This document shows positions 1-12,000 of a stretch of 64,000 bases of DNA, in pieces. Below the pieces are notes generated by a model that saw only the letters and a program-made list of their open reading frames with translations, was not told the DNA's origin and searched no databases. Every line of letters starts with the position of its first letter. Positions within the stretch are counted from its first letter, which is position 1. Source of the DNA: Mobula birostris (taxonomy: Eukaryota); contig NC_092370.1 of NCBI RefSeq assembly GCF_030028105.1, positions 114,230,443-114,294,442 on the forward strand, read 5' to 3'. The position numbers and the translations under genes were made by a program.

Positions 1-3000
1 GTCTCCTGCCTAGCCTCAAGACTAAACACTCCAGCCTCCTGCCTAGCCTCAAGCCTGAAGAGTCTAGCCTCCTGCCTAGCTTCAGGCCTGAAGAATCTAG
101 CCTCCTGCCTAACCTCCAGCCTGAAGACTCCAGACTCCTGCCTAGCCTCAGCCTCGATCCTGACAACTCCAGCTTCCTGCTTAGTTTCAGGCCTGAAGAC
201 TCCAGCATCAAGCCAGAAGGCTCTAACCTCCTGCCTAGCCTCAATCCTAAAGACTCCAGCCTCCTCCCTAGCCTCAAGCCTGAAGACTCCAGCCTCCTCC
301 CTAGCCTCTAGCCAGAAGACTCCAGCCTCCTGCCTAACCTCTAGCCTGAAGACTCCAGTCTCCTGCCTAGCTTCAAACCTGAAGACTCAAGCCTCTTGCT
401 TAGCCTCAAGCTGAAGACTCCACCCTCCTGTCTAGCCTCAAGCCTCTTGCCTAACCACAAGCCTGAAGACTCTAGCCTCCTGCCTAGCCTCACGCCTGAA
501 GACTCCAGCCTCCTGCCTAGCCTCAAGCATGAAGACTCCAGCCTCCTGCCTAGCCTCAAGCATGAAGACTCCAGCCTCCTGCCTAGCCTCAAGCATGAAG
601 ACTCCAGCCTCCTGCTTAGCCTCAAGCCTGAAGCCTCCAGCCTCCTGCCTAGCCTCACGGCTGAAGACTCCAGCCTCCTGCGTAGCCTCAAGTTTGAAGA
701 CTCTAGCCTCCTGTCTAACCTCGTCTGAAGGCTCCAGCCTCCAGCCAAGCCTCAAGCCTGAAAACTCCAGCCCCCTGCCTAGCTTCTAGCCTGAATACGC
801 CAGCCTCCAGCCTAGCCTCAAGTTTGAAGACTCCAGCCTCCTGCCTAGCCTCTAGTCGGAAGACTCCAGCCTCCTGCTTCACCTCTAACCTGAAGACTCT
901 AGCCTCCTGCCTAGCCTCACGCCTGAAGACTCCAGCCTCCTGCCTAGCCTCAATCCTAAATATTCCAGCCTCCTTCCTAGCCTAAAGCCTGAAGGCACCA
1001 GCCTCCTGCCTCGCCTCAATCCTGAAGACTACAGCCTCCTGCCTAGTCTCAAGCATGAAGACTCCAGAGTCCTGCCTAGCCTCAAGCCTGAGGACTCAAC
1101 CCTCCTGCCTAGCCTCAAGCCTGAAGACTCCAGCCTCCTGCCTAGCCTCAATCCTGAATATTCCAGCCTCCTTCCTAGCCTAAAGCCTGAAGGCACCAGC
1201 CTCCTGCCTCGCCTCAATCCTGAAGACTACAGCCTCCTGCCTAGTCTCAAGCATGAAGACTCCAGAGTCCTGCCTAGCCTCAAGCCTGAGGACTCAACCC
1301 TCCTGCCTAGCCTCAAGCCTGAAGACTCCAGCCTCCTGCCTAGCCTCAAGCATGAAGACTCCAGCCTCCTGCCTAGCCTCAAGCATGAGGACTCAAGCCT
1401 CCTGCTTAGCCTCAAGCCTGAAGACTCCAGCCTCCTGCCTAGCTTCTAGCCTGAATACTCCAGCCTCCAGCCTAGCCTCAAGTCTGAAGACTCCAGCCTC
1501 CTGCCTAGCCTCTAGTCGGAAGACTCCAACCTGCTGCTTCACCTGTAACCTGAAGACTCCAGCCTCCTGCCTAGCCTCAAGCCTGAAGTCTCTAGCCTCC
1601 TGCCTAGATTCAGGCCTGAAGACTCTATCCTCCTGCCTAGCCTCAAGCCTGAAGACTCCAGCCTCCTGCCTAGCCTCAAGCCTAAACACTCCAGCCTCCT
1701 GCCTAACCACAAGCCTGAAGACTCTTGCTTCCTGCCTAGATTCAGGCCTGAAGACTCTATCCTCCTGCCTAGCCTCAAGCCTGAAGACTCTAGCCTCCTG
1801 CCTAGCCACAAACCTGAGGAATCCAGCCTCCTGCATAGCCACTATCCTGAATACTCCAGCTTCCTGCCTATCCTGATGCTTGAAAATACCAGCCTCCTGC
1901 CTAGCCTCAAGCCTGCAGACTCCAATCTCCTGCCTAGCCTCAAGCCTAAACACTCCAGCCTCCTGCCTAACCACAAGCCTGAAGACTCCTGCTTCCTGCC
2001 TAGATTCAGGCCTGAAGACTCTATCCTCCTGCCTAGCCTCAAGCCTGAAGACTCTAGCCTCCTGCCTAGCCACAAACCTGAGGAATCCAGCCTCCTGCAT
2101 AGCCACGATCCTGAATACTCCAGCTTCCTGCCTATCCTGATGCTTGAAAACACCAGCCTCCTGCCTAGCCTCTAGCCAGAAGACTCAAGCCTTCTGCTTA
2201 GCCTCAAGCCTGAAGACTCTAGCCTCCGGCCTAGCTTCAGGCCTGAAGACCCTAGCCTCCTGCCTAGCCTCAAGCCTGAAGACTCCAGCCTATCCCTAGC
2301 CTCAAGCCTGAAGACTCAAGCCTCCTGCTTAGCCTCAAGCCTGAAGGCTCCAGCCTCCTGCCTAGCCTCAATCCTGAAGACTCCAGCCTCCTGCATAGCC
2401 ACAAGCCTGGAGTCTCCAGCCTCCTGCCTAGTCTCAATCAGGACTACTCCAACATCATGCCTAGTATCTAGCCTGAAAACTGCAGCCTCCTGCCTCGCCT
2501 CTCGCCTGAATACTGCAGCCTCCTGCCTAGCCTCTAGCCTGAAGACTCCAGACTCCTGCCTAGACTCAGCCTCAATCCTGACGACTCCCGCCTCCTGCTT
2601 AGTCTCAGGCCTGAAGACTCCAGCATCAAGCCTGAAGGCTATAGCCTCCTGCTTAGCCTCAATCCTAAAGACTCCAGCCTCCTCCTTAGCCTCAAGCCTG
2701 AAGACTACAGCCTCCTGCCTAACCTCTAGCCTGAAGAGTCCAGCCTCCTGCCTAGCCTCAAGCCTGAAGACTCCAGCCTCCTGCCTAGCCTCTAGCCTGA
2801 AGACTCCAGCCTCCTGCCTAGCTTCAAGCCTCATGCTTAGCCTCAAGTCTAAAGACTCCAGCCTCCTGCCTCGCCTCAAGCCAGAACACTCCAGATTCCT
2901 GCCCAGCCTGATGCCTGAAGACACCAGTCTCCTGCCTAACCACAAGCCTGAAGACTCTAGCCTCCTGCCTAGCCTCTAGCCTGAAGACTCCAGCATCAAG

Positions 3001-6000
3001 CCTGAAGGGTCTAGCCTCAATCCTAAAGACTCCAGCCTTCTCCCTAGCCTCAAGCCTGAAGACTCCAGCCTGCTGCCTAACCTCAAGCCTGACGACTTCA
3101 ACATCCTGCGTAGCCTCAAGCCTGAAGACTCCAGCCTCCTGCCTAGCCACAAACCTGAAGAATCCAGCCTCCTGCATAGACACCAGCCTGAAGACTCCAG
3201 CCTCCTGCCTAGCCTCTAGCCTGAAGACTCCAGCCTCCTGCTTAGCCTCTAGCCTGAAGACTCCAGCCTCCTGCCTCGCTTCAAGCCAGAACACTCCAGA
3301 TTCCTGCCCAGCCTGATGCCTGAAGACACCAGTCTGCTGCCTAACCTCAAGCCTAAACACTCCAGACTCCTGCCTAGCCTCACGCCTGAAGACTCCAGCC
3401 TCCTGCCTAGCCTCAATCCTGAATATTCCAGCCTCCTGCCTAGCCTCAAGCATGAAGGCTCCAGCCTCCTGCCTAGCCTCAATCCTGAAGACTCCAGCCT
3501 CCTGCCTAGCCTCAAGCTTGAAGACTCCAGCTTCATGCCTATACTGCTACCTGAAGACACCAGTCTCCTGCTTTGCCTCTAGCTTGAAGGATCCAACCTC
3601 TTGCCTAGCCCCAAACCTGAAGACTCCAGCCTCCTCCCTATCCTCAAGGCTGAAGACTCCAGCCTGCTGCCTAACCTCAAGCCTAACGACTTCCACATCC
3701 TGGGTAGCCTCTAGCCTGAAGACTACAGCCTCCTGCCTAGATTCAAGCCTCCTGCTTAGCCTCAAGCCTGAAGACTCCAGACTCCTGCCTAGCCTCAAGC
3801 CTCCTGCTTACCCTCGTCTAAAGACTCCATTCTCCTGCCTCGCCTCAAGCCAGAACACTCCAGATTCCTGCCCAGCCTGATGCCTGAAGACACCAGCCTC
3901 CTGCCTAGCCTTAATCCTGAATACTCCAGCCTCCTGCCTAGCCTCAAGCCTGAAGGCTCCAGCCTCCTGCCTAGCCTCAATCCTGAAGACTCAAGCCTCC
4001 TGCCTAGCCTCATGCTTGAAGACTCCAGCTTCGTGCCTATCCTGTTGCCTGAAGACACCAGCCTCCTGCTTAGCCTCTAGCCTGAAGACTCCAGCCTCCT
4101 CCCTAGCCTCAAGCCTGAAGACTCCAGCCTGCTGCCTAGCCTCAATCCTGAATACTCCAGCCTACTTCCTAGCCTCAAGCCTGAAGTCTCCAGCCTCCTC
4201 CCTAGCCTCAATCCTGAATCCAGCCTCCTGCCTAGACTCAATCCTGAAGATTCCAGCCTCCTGCCTACACTCAATCCTGAAGTCTCCAGCCTCCTGCCAA
4301 GCCTCGCTTCGTCTCAAGTTTCCAGCCTCCTACCAAGCCTCGCTTCAAGTCTCTAGCCTCTAGCCTCCAGACTGAAGACTCCAACCTCCTGCTTAGCCAC
4401 TAGCATGAAGTCTCTAGCCTCCTGCCTAACCTCTAGCCTGAAGACTCCAGCCTCCTGCCTATTGATGCATAGCCTCTAGCCGGAAGTCTCCAGCCTCCTG
4501 CTTCACCTCTAACCTGAAGACTCCAGCCTCCTGCCTAGCCTCAAGCCTGAAGAGTCTAGCCTCCTGCTTAGCTTCAGGCTTGAAGATTTTAGCCTCCTGC
4601 CTAGTTTCAAGCCTGAAGACTCCAGCCTCCTGCCTAGCCACAAACCTGAAGACTCCAGCCTCCTGCCTAGCCACAAGACTGAAGACTCCAGCCTCCTGGC
4701 TAGCCTCAATCCTGAAGATTCCCGCCTCCTCCCTAGCCTCACGCCTGAAGACTCCAGCCTCCTGCCTAGCCTCAAGCCTGAAGACTCCAGCCTCCTGCCT
4801 AGGATCTAGCCTGAAGACTCCAGCCTCCTGCCTAGCCTGTAGCCTGATGTCTCCAGCCTCCTGCCTAACCTCAAGTCTGAAGACTCCAGCCTCCTGCCTA
4901 GCCTCAAGTCTGAAGACTCCAGCCTCCTGCCTAGCCTCAAGCCTGAAGACTCAAGCTTCCTGCTTAGACTCAAGCTTGAAGACTCCAGCTTCCTGCCTAG
5001 CCTCAAGCCTGAAGACTCCAGTCTCCTGCCTAGCCTCAAGCCTAAACACTCCAGCCTCCTGCCTAGCTTCAGGCCTGAAGATTCTAGCCTCCTGCCTAGC
5101 CTCAAGCCTGAAGACTCAAGCCTCCTGGCTAGCCTCAATCCTGAAGATTCCCGCCTCCTCCCTAGCCTCACGCCTGAAGACTCCAGCCTCCTGCCTAGCC
5201 TCAAGCCTGAAGACTCCAGCCTCCTGTCTAGGATCTAGCCTGAAGACTCCAGCCTCCTGCCTAGCCTGTATCCTGATGTCTCCAGCCTCCTGCCTAACCT
5301 CAAGTCTGAAGACTCCAGCCTCCTGCCTAGCCTCAAGCCTGAAGAATCCAGACATCAGCCTAGCCTCAAGTCTGGACCCCAGCCTGCTGCCTAGCCTCAA
5401 ACCTGAAGACTACAGTCTCCTGCCTAGCCTCAAGCCTGAAGACTCAAGCTTCCTGCTTAGACTCAAGCTTGAAGACTCCAGCTTCCTGCCGAGCCTCACG
5501 CCTGAAGACTCCAGCTTCCTGCCTAACCTCAAGCTTGAAGAATCCAGCCTCCTGCCTAACCTCAAGTCTGAAAACTCCAGCCTCTTGCCTAGCCTCAAGC
5601 CTGAAGAATCCGGCCTCCTGCCAAGCCTCTGTCCTGAAGACTCCAGCTTCCTGCCTCGCCTCTAAGCTGAAGACTCCAGCCTGCTGCCTAGCCTTAAGCC
5701 TGAAGACCCCAGCCTCCTGCCTAGCCTGAAGATTGAATACTCCATCCTCCTGCCTAGTCTCAGGCCTGAAGTCTCTAGCCTCCTGCCTAGACTCAAGGTT
5801 GAAGACTCCAGCCTCCTGCCGAGTATCAAGACTGAAGACTCCAGCGTTCTGCCTAGCCTCAAGCCTGAAGACTCCAGCCTCCTGCCTAGCCTCAAGCCTG
5901 AAGAATCCGGCCTCCTGCCAAGCCTGTATCCTGAAGACTCCAGCTTCCTGCCTGGCCTCTAAGCTGAAGACTCCAGCCTGCTGCCTAGCCTCAAGCCTGA

Positions 6001-9000
6001 AGACTCCGGACTCCTGCCTAGCCTCAAGCCTTAAGACTCCAGCCTCCTGCCTAGCCTCAAGCCTGAATACTCCAGCCTCGAGCCTAGCCTCAAGCCTGAA
6101 GACTCCAGCCTCCTGCCTAGCCTCAAGCCTTAAGACTCCAGCCTCCTGCCTAGCCTCAAGCCTGAATACTCCAGCCTCCAGCCTAGCTTCAAAACCGAAG
6201 ACTCCAGCCTCCTGATTGTCCTGAAACTTGAAGAGTACAGCCTCCTGCCAAGCCTCAAGCCTGAAGACTCTAGCCACCTGCCTAGCTTTAGGCCTGAAGA
6301 CTCTAGCCTCCTGCCTGGCCCCAAGCCTGAAGACTCCAGCCTCCTGCCGAGCCTCAGGCCTGAAGACTCCAGCCTCCTGCCTAGCCTGAAGATTGAATAC
6401 TCCATCCTCCTGCCTAGTCTCAGGCCTGAAGTCTTCATCCTCCTGCCTAGTCTCAAGGTTGAAGACTCCAGCATCCTGCCTAGCCTCAAACCTGAAGACT
6501 CCTGCCTGCTGCCTAGCCTCAGGCCTGAAGACTCCAGCCTCCTGCCTAGCCTGAAGATTGAATACTCCATCCTTCTGCCTAGTCTCAGGCCTGAAGTCTT
6601 TAGCCTCCTGCCTAGACTTAAGGTTGAAGACTCCAGCCTCCTGCCGAGTATCAAGCCTGAAGAATCCGGCCTCCTGCCAAGCCTCTATCCTGAAGACTCC
6701 AGCTTCCTGCCTCGCCTCTAAGCTGAAGACTCCAGCCTGCTGCCTAGCCTCAAGCCTGAATACTCCGGCCTCCAGCCTAGCTTCAAAACCGAAGACTCCA
6801 GCCTCCTGCCTGGCCTGAAACTTGAAGAGTACAGCCTCCTGCCTAGCCTCAAGCCTGAAGACTCTAGCCTCCTGCCTAGCTTTAGGCCTGAAGACTCTAG
6901 CCTCCTGCCTGGCCCCAAGCCTGAAGACTCCAGCCTCCTGCCGAGCCTCAGGCCTGAATACTCCATCCTCCTGCCTAGTCTCAGGCCTGAAGTCTTCATC
7001 CTCCTGCCTAGCCTCAAGGTTGAAGACTCCAGCATCCTGCCTAGCCTCAAACCTGAAGACTCCTGCCTGCTGCCTAGCCTCACGCCTGAAGGCCCCAGCC
7101 TCCTGCCTAGCCTGAAGATTGAATACTCCATCCTTCTGCCTAGTCTCAGGCCTGAAGTCTTTAGCCTCCTGCCTAGACTCAAGGTTGAAGACTCCAGCCT
7201 CCTGTCTAGCCTCAAGCCTGACTACTCCACCCTCCTGCCTAGCTACAAGCCTGAAGACACCAGCCTCGAACCTAGCCTCTAGCCTGAAGACTCCAGCCTC
7301 CTGCCGAGCCTCAAGCCTAAAGTCTCAAGCCTTCTGCTTAGCCTAAAGCCTGAAGACTCCAGCCTCCTGCCTAGCCTCACGCCTGAAGACTCCAGCCTCC
7401 TGCCTAGCCTCACGCCTGAAGACTCCAGCCTCCTGCCTAGCCTCAAGGTTGAAGAATCCAGCCTCCTGCCTAGCCTCTAGTCGGAAGACTCCAGCCTGCT
7501 GCTTCACCTGTAACCTGAAGACTCCAGCCTCCTGCCTAGCCTCAAGCCTGAAGACACCAGTCTCCTGCCTCGCCTCAATCCTAAACACTCCAGCCTCCTG
7601 CCTAGCCTCAAGCCTGAAGACTCTAGCCTCCTGCCTAGATTCAGGTCTGAAGACTCTATCCTCCTGCCTAGCCTCAAGCCTGAAGACTCCAGCCTCCTGC
7701 CTAGCCTCTAGTCGGAAGACTCCTGCCTCCTGCTTCACCTCTAACCTGAAGACTCCAGCCTCCTGCCTAGCCTCAAGCCTGAAGACTCCAATCTCCTGCC
7801 TAGCCTCAAGCCTAAACACTCCAGCCTCCTGCCTAACCACAAGCCTGAAGACTCTTGCTTCCTGCCTAGATTCAGGCCTGAAGACTCTATCCTCCTGCCT
7901 AGCCTCAAGCCTGAAGACTCTAGCCTCCTGCCTAGCCACAAACCAGAGGAATCCAGCCTCCTGCATAGCCACGATCCTGAATACTCCAGCTTCCTGCCTA
8001 TCCTGATGCTTGAAAATACCAGCCTCCTGCCTAGCCTCTAGCCAGAAGACTCAAGCGTTCTGCTTAGCCTCAAGCCTGAAGACTCTAGCCTCCTGCCTAG
8101 CCTCAAGCCTGAAGACTCCAATCTCCTGCCTAGCCTCAAGCCTAAACACTCCAACCTCCTGCCTAACCACAAGCCTGAAGACTCTTGCTTCCTGCCTAGA
8201 TTCAGGCCTGAAGACTCTATCCTCCTGCCTAGCCTCAAGCCTGAAGACTCTAGCCTCCTGCCTAGCCACAAACCTGAGGAATCCAGCCTCCTGCATAGCC
8301 ACGATCCTGAATACTCCAGCTTCCTGCCTATCCTGATGCTTGAAAACACCAGCCTCCTGCCTAGCCTCTAGCCAGAAGACTCAAGCCTTCTGCTTAGCCT
8401 CAAGCCTGAAGACTCTAGCCTCCTGCCTAGCTTCAGGCCTGAAGACCCTAGCCTCCTGCCTAGCCACAAGCCTGAAGACTCCAGCCTCTCCCTAGCCTCA
8501 AGCCTGAAGACTCAAGCCTCCTGCTTAGCCTCAAGCCTGAAGGCTCCAGCCTCCCGCATAGCCACAAGCCTGGAGTCTCCAGCCTCCTGCCTAGTCTCAA
8601 TCAGGACTACTCCAACATCATGCCTAGTATCTAGCCTGAAAACTGCAGCCTCCTGCCTAGCCTCTCGCCTGAATACTGCAGCCTCCTGCCTAGCCTCTAG
8701 CCTGAAGACTCCAGACTCCTGCCTAGACTCAGCCTCAATCCTGACGACTCCCGCCTCCTGCTTAGTCTCAGGCCTGAAGACTCCAGCCTCCTGCCTAGCC
8801 TCTAGCCTGAAGACTCCAGCATCAAGCCTGAAGGCTATAGCCTCCTGCTTAGCCTCAATCCTAAAGACTCCAGCCTCCTCCTTAGCCTCAAGCCTGAAGA
8901 CTACAGCCTCCTGCCTAACCTCTAGCCTGAAGAGTCCAGCCTCCTGCCTAGCCTCAAGCCTGAAGACTCCAGCCTCCTGCCTAGCCTCTAGCCTGAAGAC

Positions 9001-12000
9001 TCCAGCCTCCTGCCTAGCTTCAAGCCTCATGCTTAGCCTCAAGTCTAAAGACTCCAGCCTCCTGCCTCGCCTCAAGCCAGAACACTCCAGATTCCTGCCC
9101 AGCCTGATGCCTGAAGACACCAGTCTCCTGCCTAACCACAAGCTTGAAGACTCTAGCCTCCTGCCTAGCCTCTAGCCTGAAGACTCCAGCATCAAGCCTG
9201 AAGGGTCTAGCCTCAATCCTAAAGACTCCAGCCTTCTCCCTAGCCTCAAGCCTGAAGACTCCAGCCTGCTGCCTAACCTCAAGCCTGACGACTTCAACAT
9301 CCTGCGTAGCCTCAAGCCTGAAGACTCCAGCCTCCTGCCTAGCCACAAACCTGAAGAATCCAGCCTCCTGCATAGACACCAGCCTGAAGACTCCAGCCTC
9401 CTGCCTAGCCTCTAGCCTGAAGACTCCAGCCTCCTGCTTAGCCTCTAGCCTGAAGACTCCAGCCTCCTGCCTCGCTTCAAGCCAGAACACTCCAGATTCC
9501 TGCCCAGCCTGATGCCTGAAGACACCAGTCTGCTGCCTAACCTCAAGCCTAAACACTCCAGACTCCTGCCTAGTCTCACGCCTGAAGACTCCAGCCTCCT
9601 GCCTAGCCTCAATCCTGAATACTCCAGCCTCCTGCCTAGCCTCAAGCATGAAGGCTCCAGCCTCCTGCCTAGCCTCAATCCTGAAGACTCCAGCCTCCTG
9701 CCTTGCCTCAAGCTTGAAGACTCCAGCTTCATGCCTATACTGCTACCTGAAGACACCAGCCTCCTGCTTTGCCTCTAGCTTGAAGGATCCAACCTCTTGC
9801 CTAGCCCCAAACCTGAAGACTCCAGCCTCCTCCCTATCCTCAAGGCTGAAGACTCCAGCCTGCTGCCTAACCTCAAGCCTAACGACTTCCACATCCTGGG
9901 TAGCCTCTAGCCTGAAGACTACAGCCTCCTGCCTAGATTCAAGCCTCCTGCTTAGCCTCAAGCCTGAAGACTCCAGACTCCTGCCTAGCCTCAAGCCTCC
10001 TGCTTACCCTCGTCTAAAGACTCCATTCTCCTGCCTCGCCTCAAGCCAGAACACTCCAGATTCCTGCCCAGCCTGATGCCTGAAGACACCAGTCTCCTGC
10101 TTAACCTCAAACCTGAAGACTCTAGCCTCCTGCGTATCCTCACGCCTGAAGACTCCAGCCTCCTGCCTAGCCTTAATCCTGAATACTCCAGCCTCCTGCC
10201 TAGCCTCAAGCCTGAAGGCTCCAGCCTCCTGCCTAGCCTCAATCCTGAAGACTCAAGCCTCCTGCCTAGCCTCATGCTTGAAGACTCCAGCTTCGTGCCT
10301 ATCCTGTTGCCTGAAGACACCAGCCTCCTGCTTAGCCTCTAGCCTGAAGACTCCAGCCTCCTCCCTAGCCTCAAGCCTGAAGACTCCAGCCTGCTGCCTA
10401 GCCTCAATCCTGAATACTCCAGCCTACTTCCTAGCCTCAAGCCTGAAGTCTCCAGCCTCCTCCCTAGCCTCAATCCTGAATCCAGCCTCCTGCCTAGACT
10501 CAATCCTGAAGATTCCAGCCTCCTGCCTACACTCAATCCTGAAGTCTCCAGCCTCCTGCCAAGCCTCGCTTCGTCTCAAGTTTCCAGCCTCCTACCAAGC
10601 CTCGCTTCAAGTCTCTAGCCTCTAGCCTCCAGACTGAAGACTCCAACCTCCTGCTTAGCCACTAGCATGAAGTCTCTAGCCTCCTGCCTAACCTCTAGCC
10701 TGAAGACTCCAGCCTCCTGCCTATTGATGCATAGCCTCTAGCCGGAAGTCTCCAGCCTCCTGCTTCACCTCTAACCTGAAGACTCCAGCCTCCTGCCTAG
10801 CCTCAAGCCTGAAGAGTCTAGCCTCCTGCTTAGCTTCAGGCTTGAAGATTTTAGCCTCCTGCCTAGTTTCAAGCCTGAAGACTCCAGCCTCCTGCCTAGC
10901 CACAAACCTGAAGACTCCAGCCTCCTGCCTAGCCACAAGACTGAAGACTCCAGCCTCCTGTCTAGCCTCAAGCCTGAAGACTCAAGCCTCCTGGCTAGCC
11001 TCAATCCTGAAGATTCCCGCCTCCTCCCTAGCCTCACGCCTGAAGACTCCAGCCTCCTGCCTAGCCTCAAGCCTGAAGACTCCAGCCTCCTGCCTAGGAT
11101 CTAGCCTGAAGACTCCAGCCTCCTGCCTAGCCTGTAGCCTGATGTCTCCAGCCTCCTGCCTAACCTCAAGTCTGAAGACTCCAGCCTCCTGCCTAGCCTC
11201 AAGTCTGAAGACTCCAGCCTCCTGCCTAGCCTCAAGCCTGAAGACTCAAGCTTCCTGCTTAGACTCAAGCTTGAAGACTCCAGCTTCCTGCCTAGCCTCA
11301 AGCCTGAAGACTCCAGTCTCCTGCCTAGCCTCAAGTCTAAACACTCCAGCCTCCTGCCTAGCTTCAGGCCTGAAGATTCTAGCCTCCTGCCTAGCCTCAA
11401 GCCTGAAGACTCAAGCCTCCTGGCTAGCCTCAATCCTGAAGATTCCCGCCTCCTCCCTAGCCTCACGCCTGAAGACTCCAGCCTCCTGTCTAGGATCTAG
11501 CCTGAAGACTCCAGCCTCCTGCCTAGCCTGTATCCTGATGTCTCCAGCCTCCTGCCTAACCTCAAGTCTGAAGACTCCAGCCTCCTGCCTAGCCTCAAGC
11601 CTGAAGAATCCAGACATCAGCCTAGCCTCAAGTCTGGACCCCAGCCTGCTGCCTAGCCTCAAACCTGAAGACTACAGTCTCCTGCCTAGCCTCAAGCCTG
11701 AAGACTCAAGCTTCCTGCTTAGACTCAAGCTTGAAGACTCCAGCTTCCTGCCGAGCCTCACGCCTGAAGACTCCAGCTTCCTGCCTAACCTCAAGCTTGA
11801 AGAATCCAGCCTCCTGCCTAACCTCAAGTCTGAAAACTCCAGCCTCTTGCCTAGCCTCAAGCCTGAAGAATCCGGCCTCCTGCCAAGCCTCTGTCCTGAA
11901 GACTCCAGCTTCCTGCCTCGCCTCTAAGCTGAAGACTCCAGCCTGCTGCCTAGCCTTAAGCCTGAAGACCCCAGCCTCCTGCCTAGCCTGAAGATTGAAT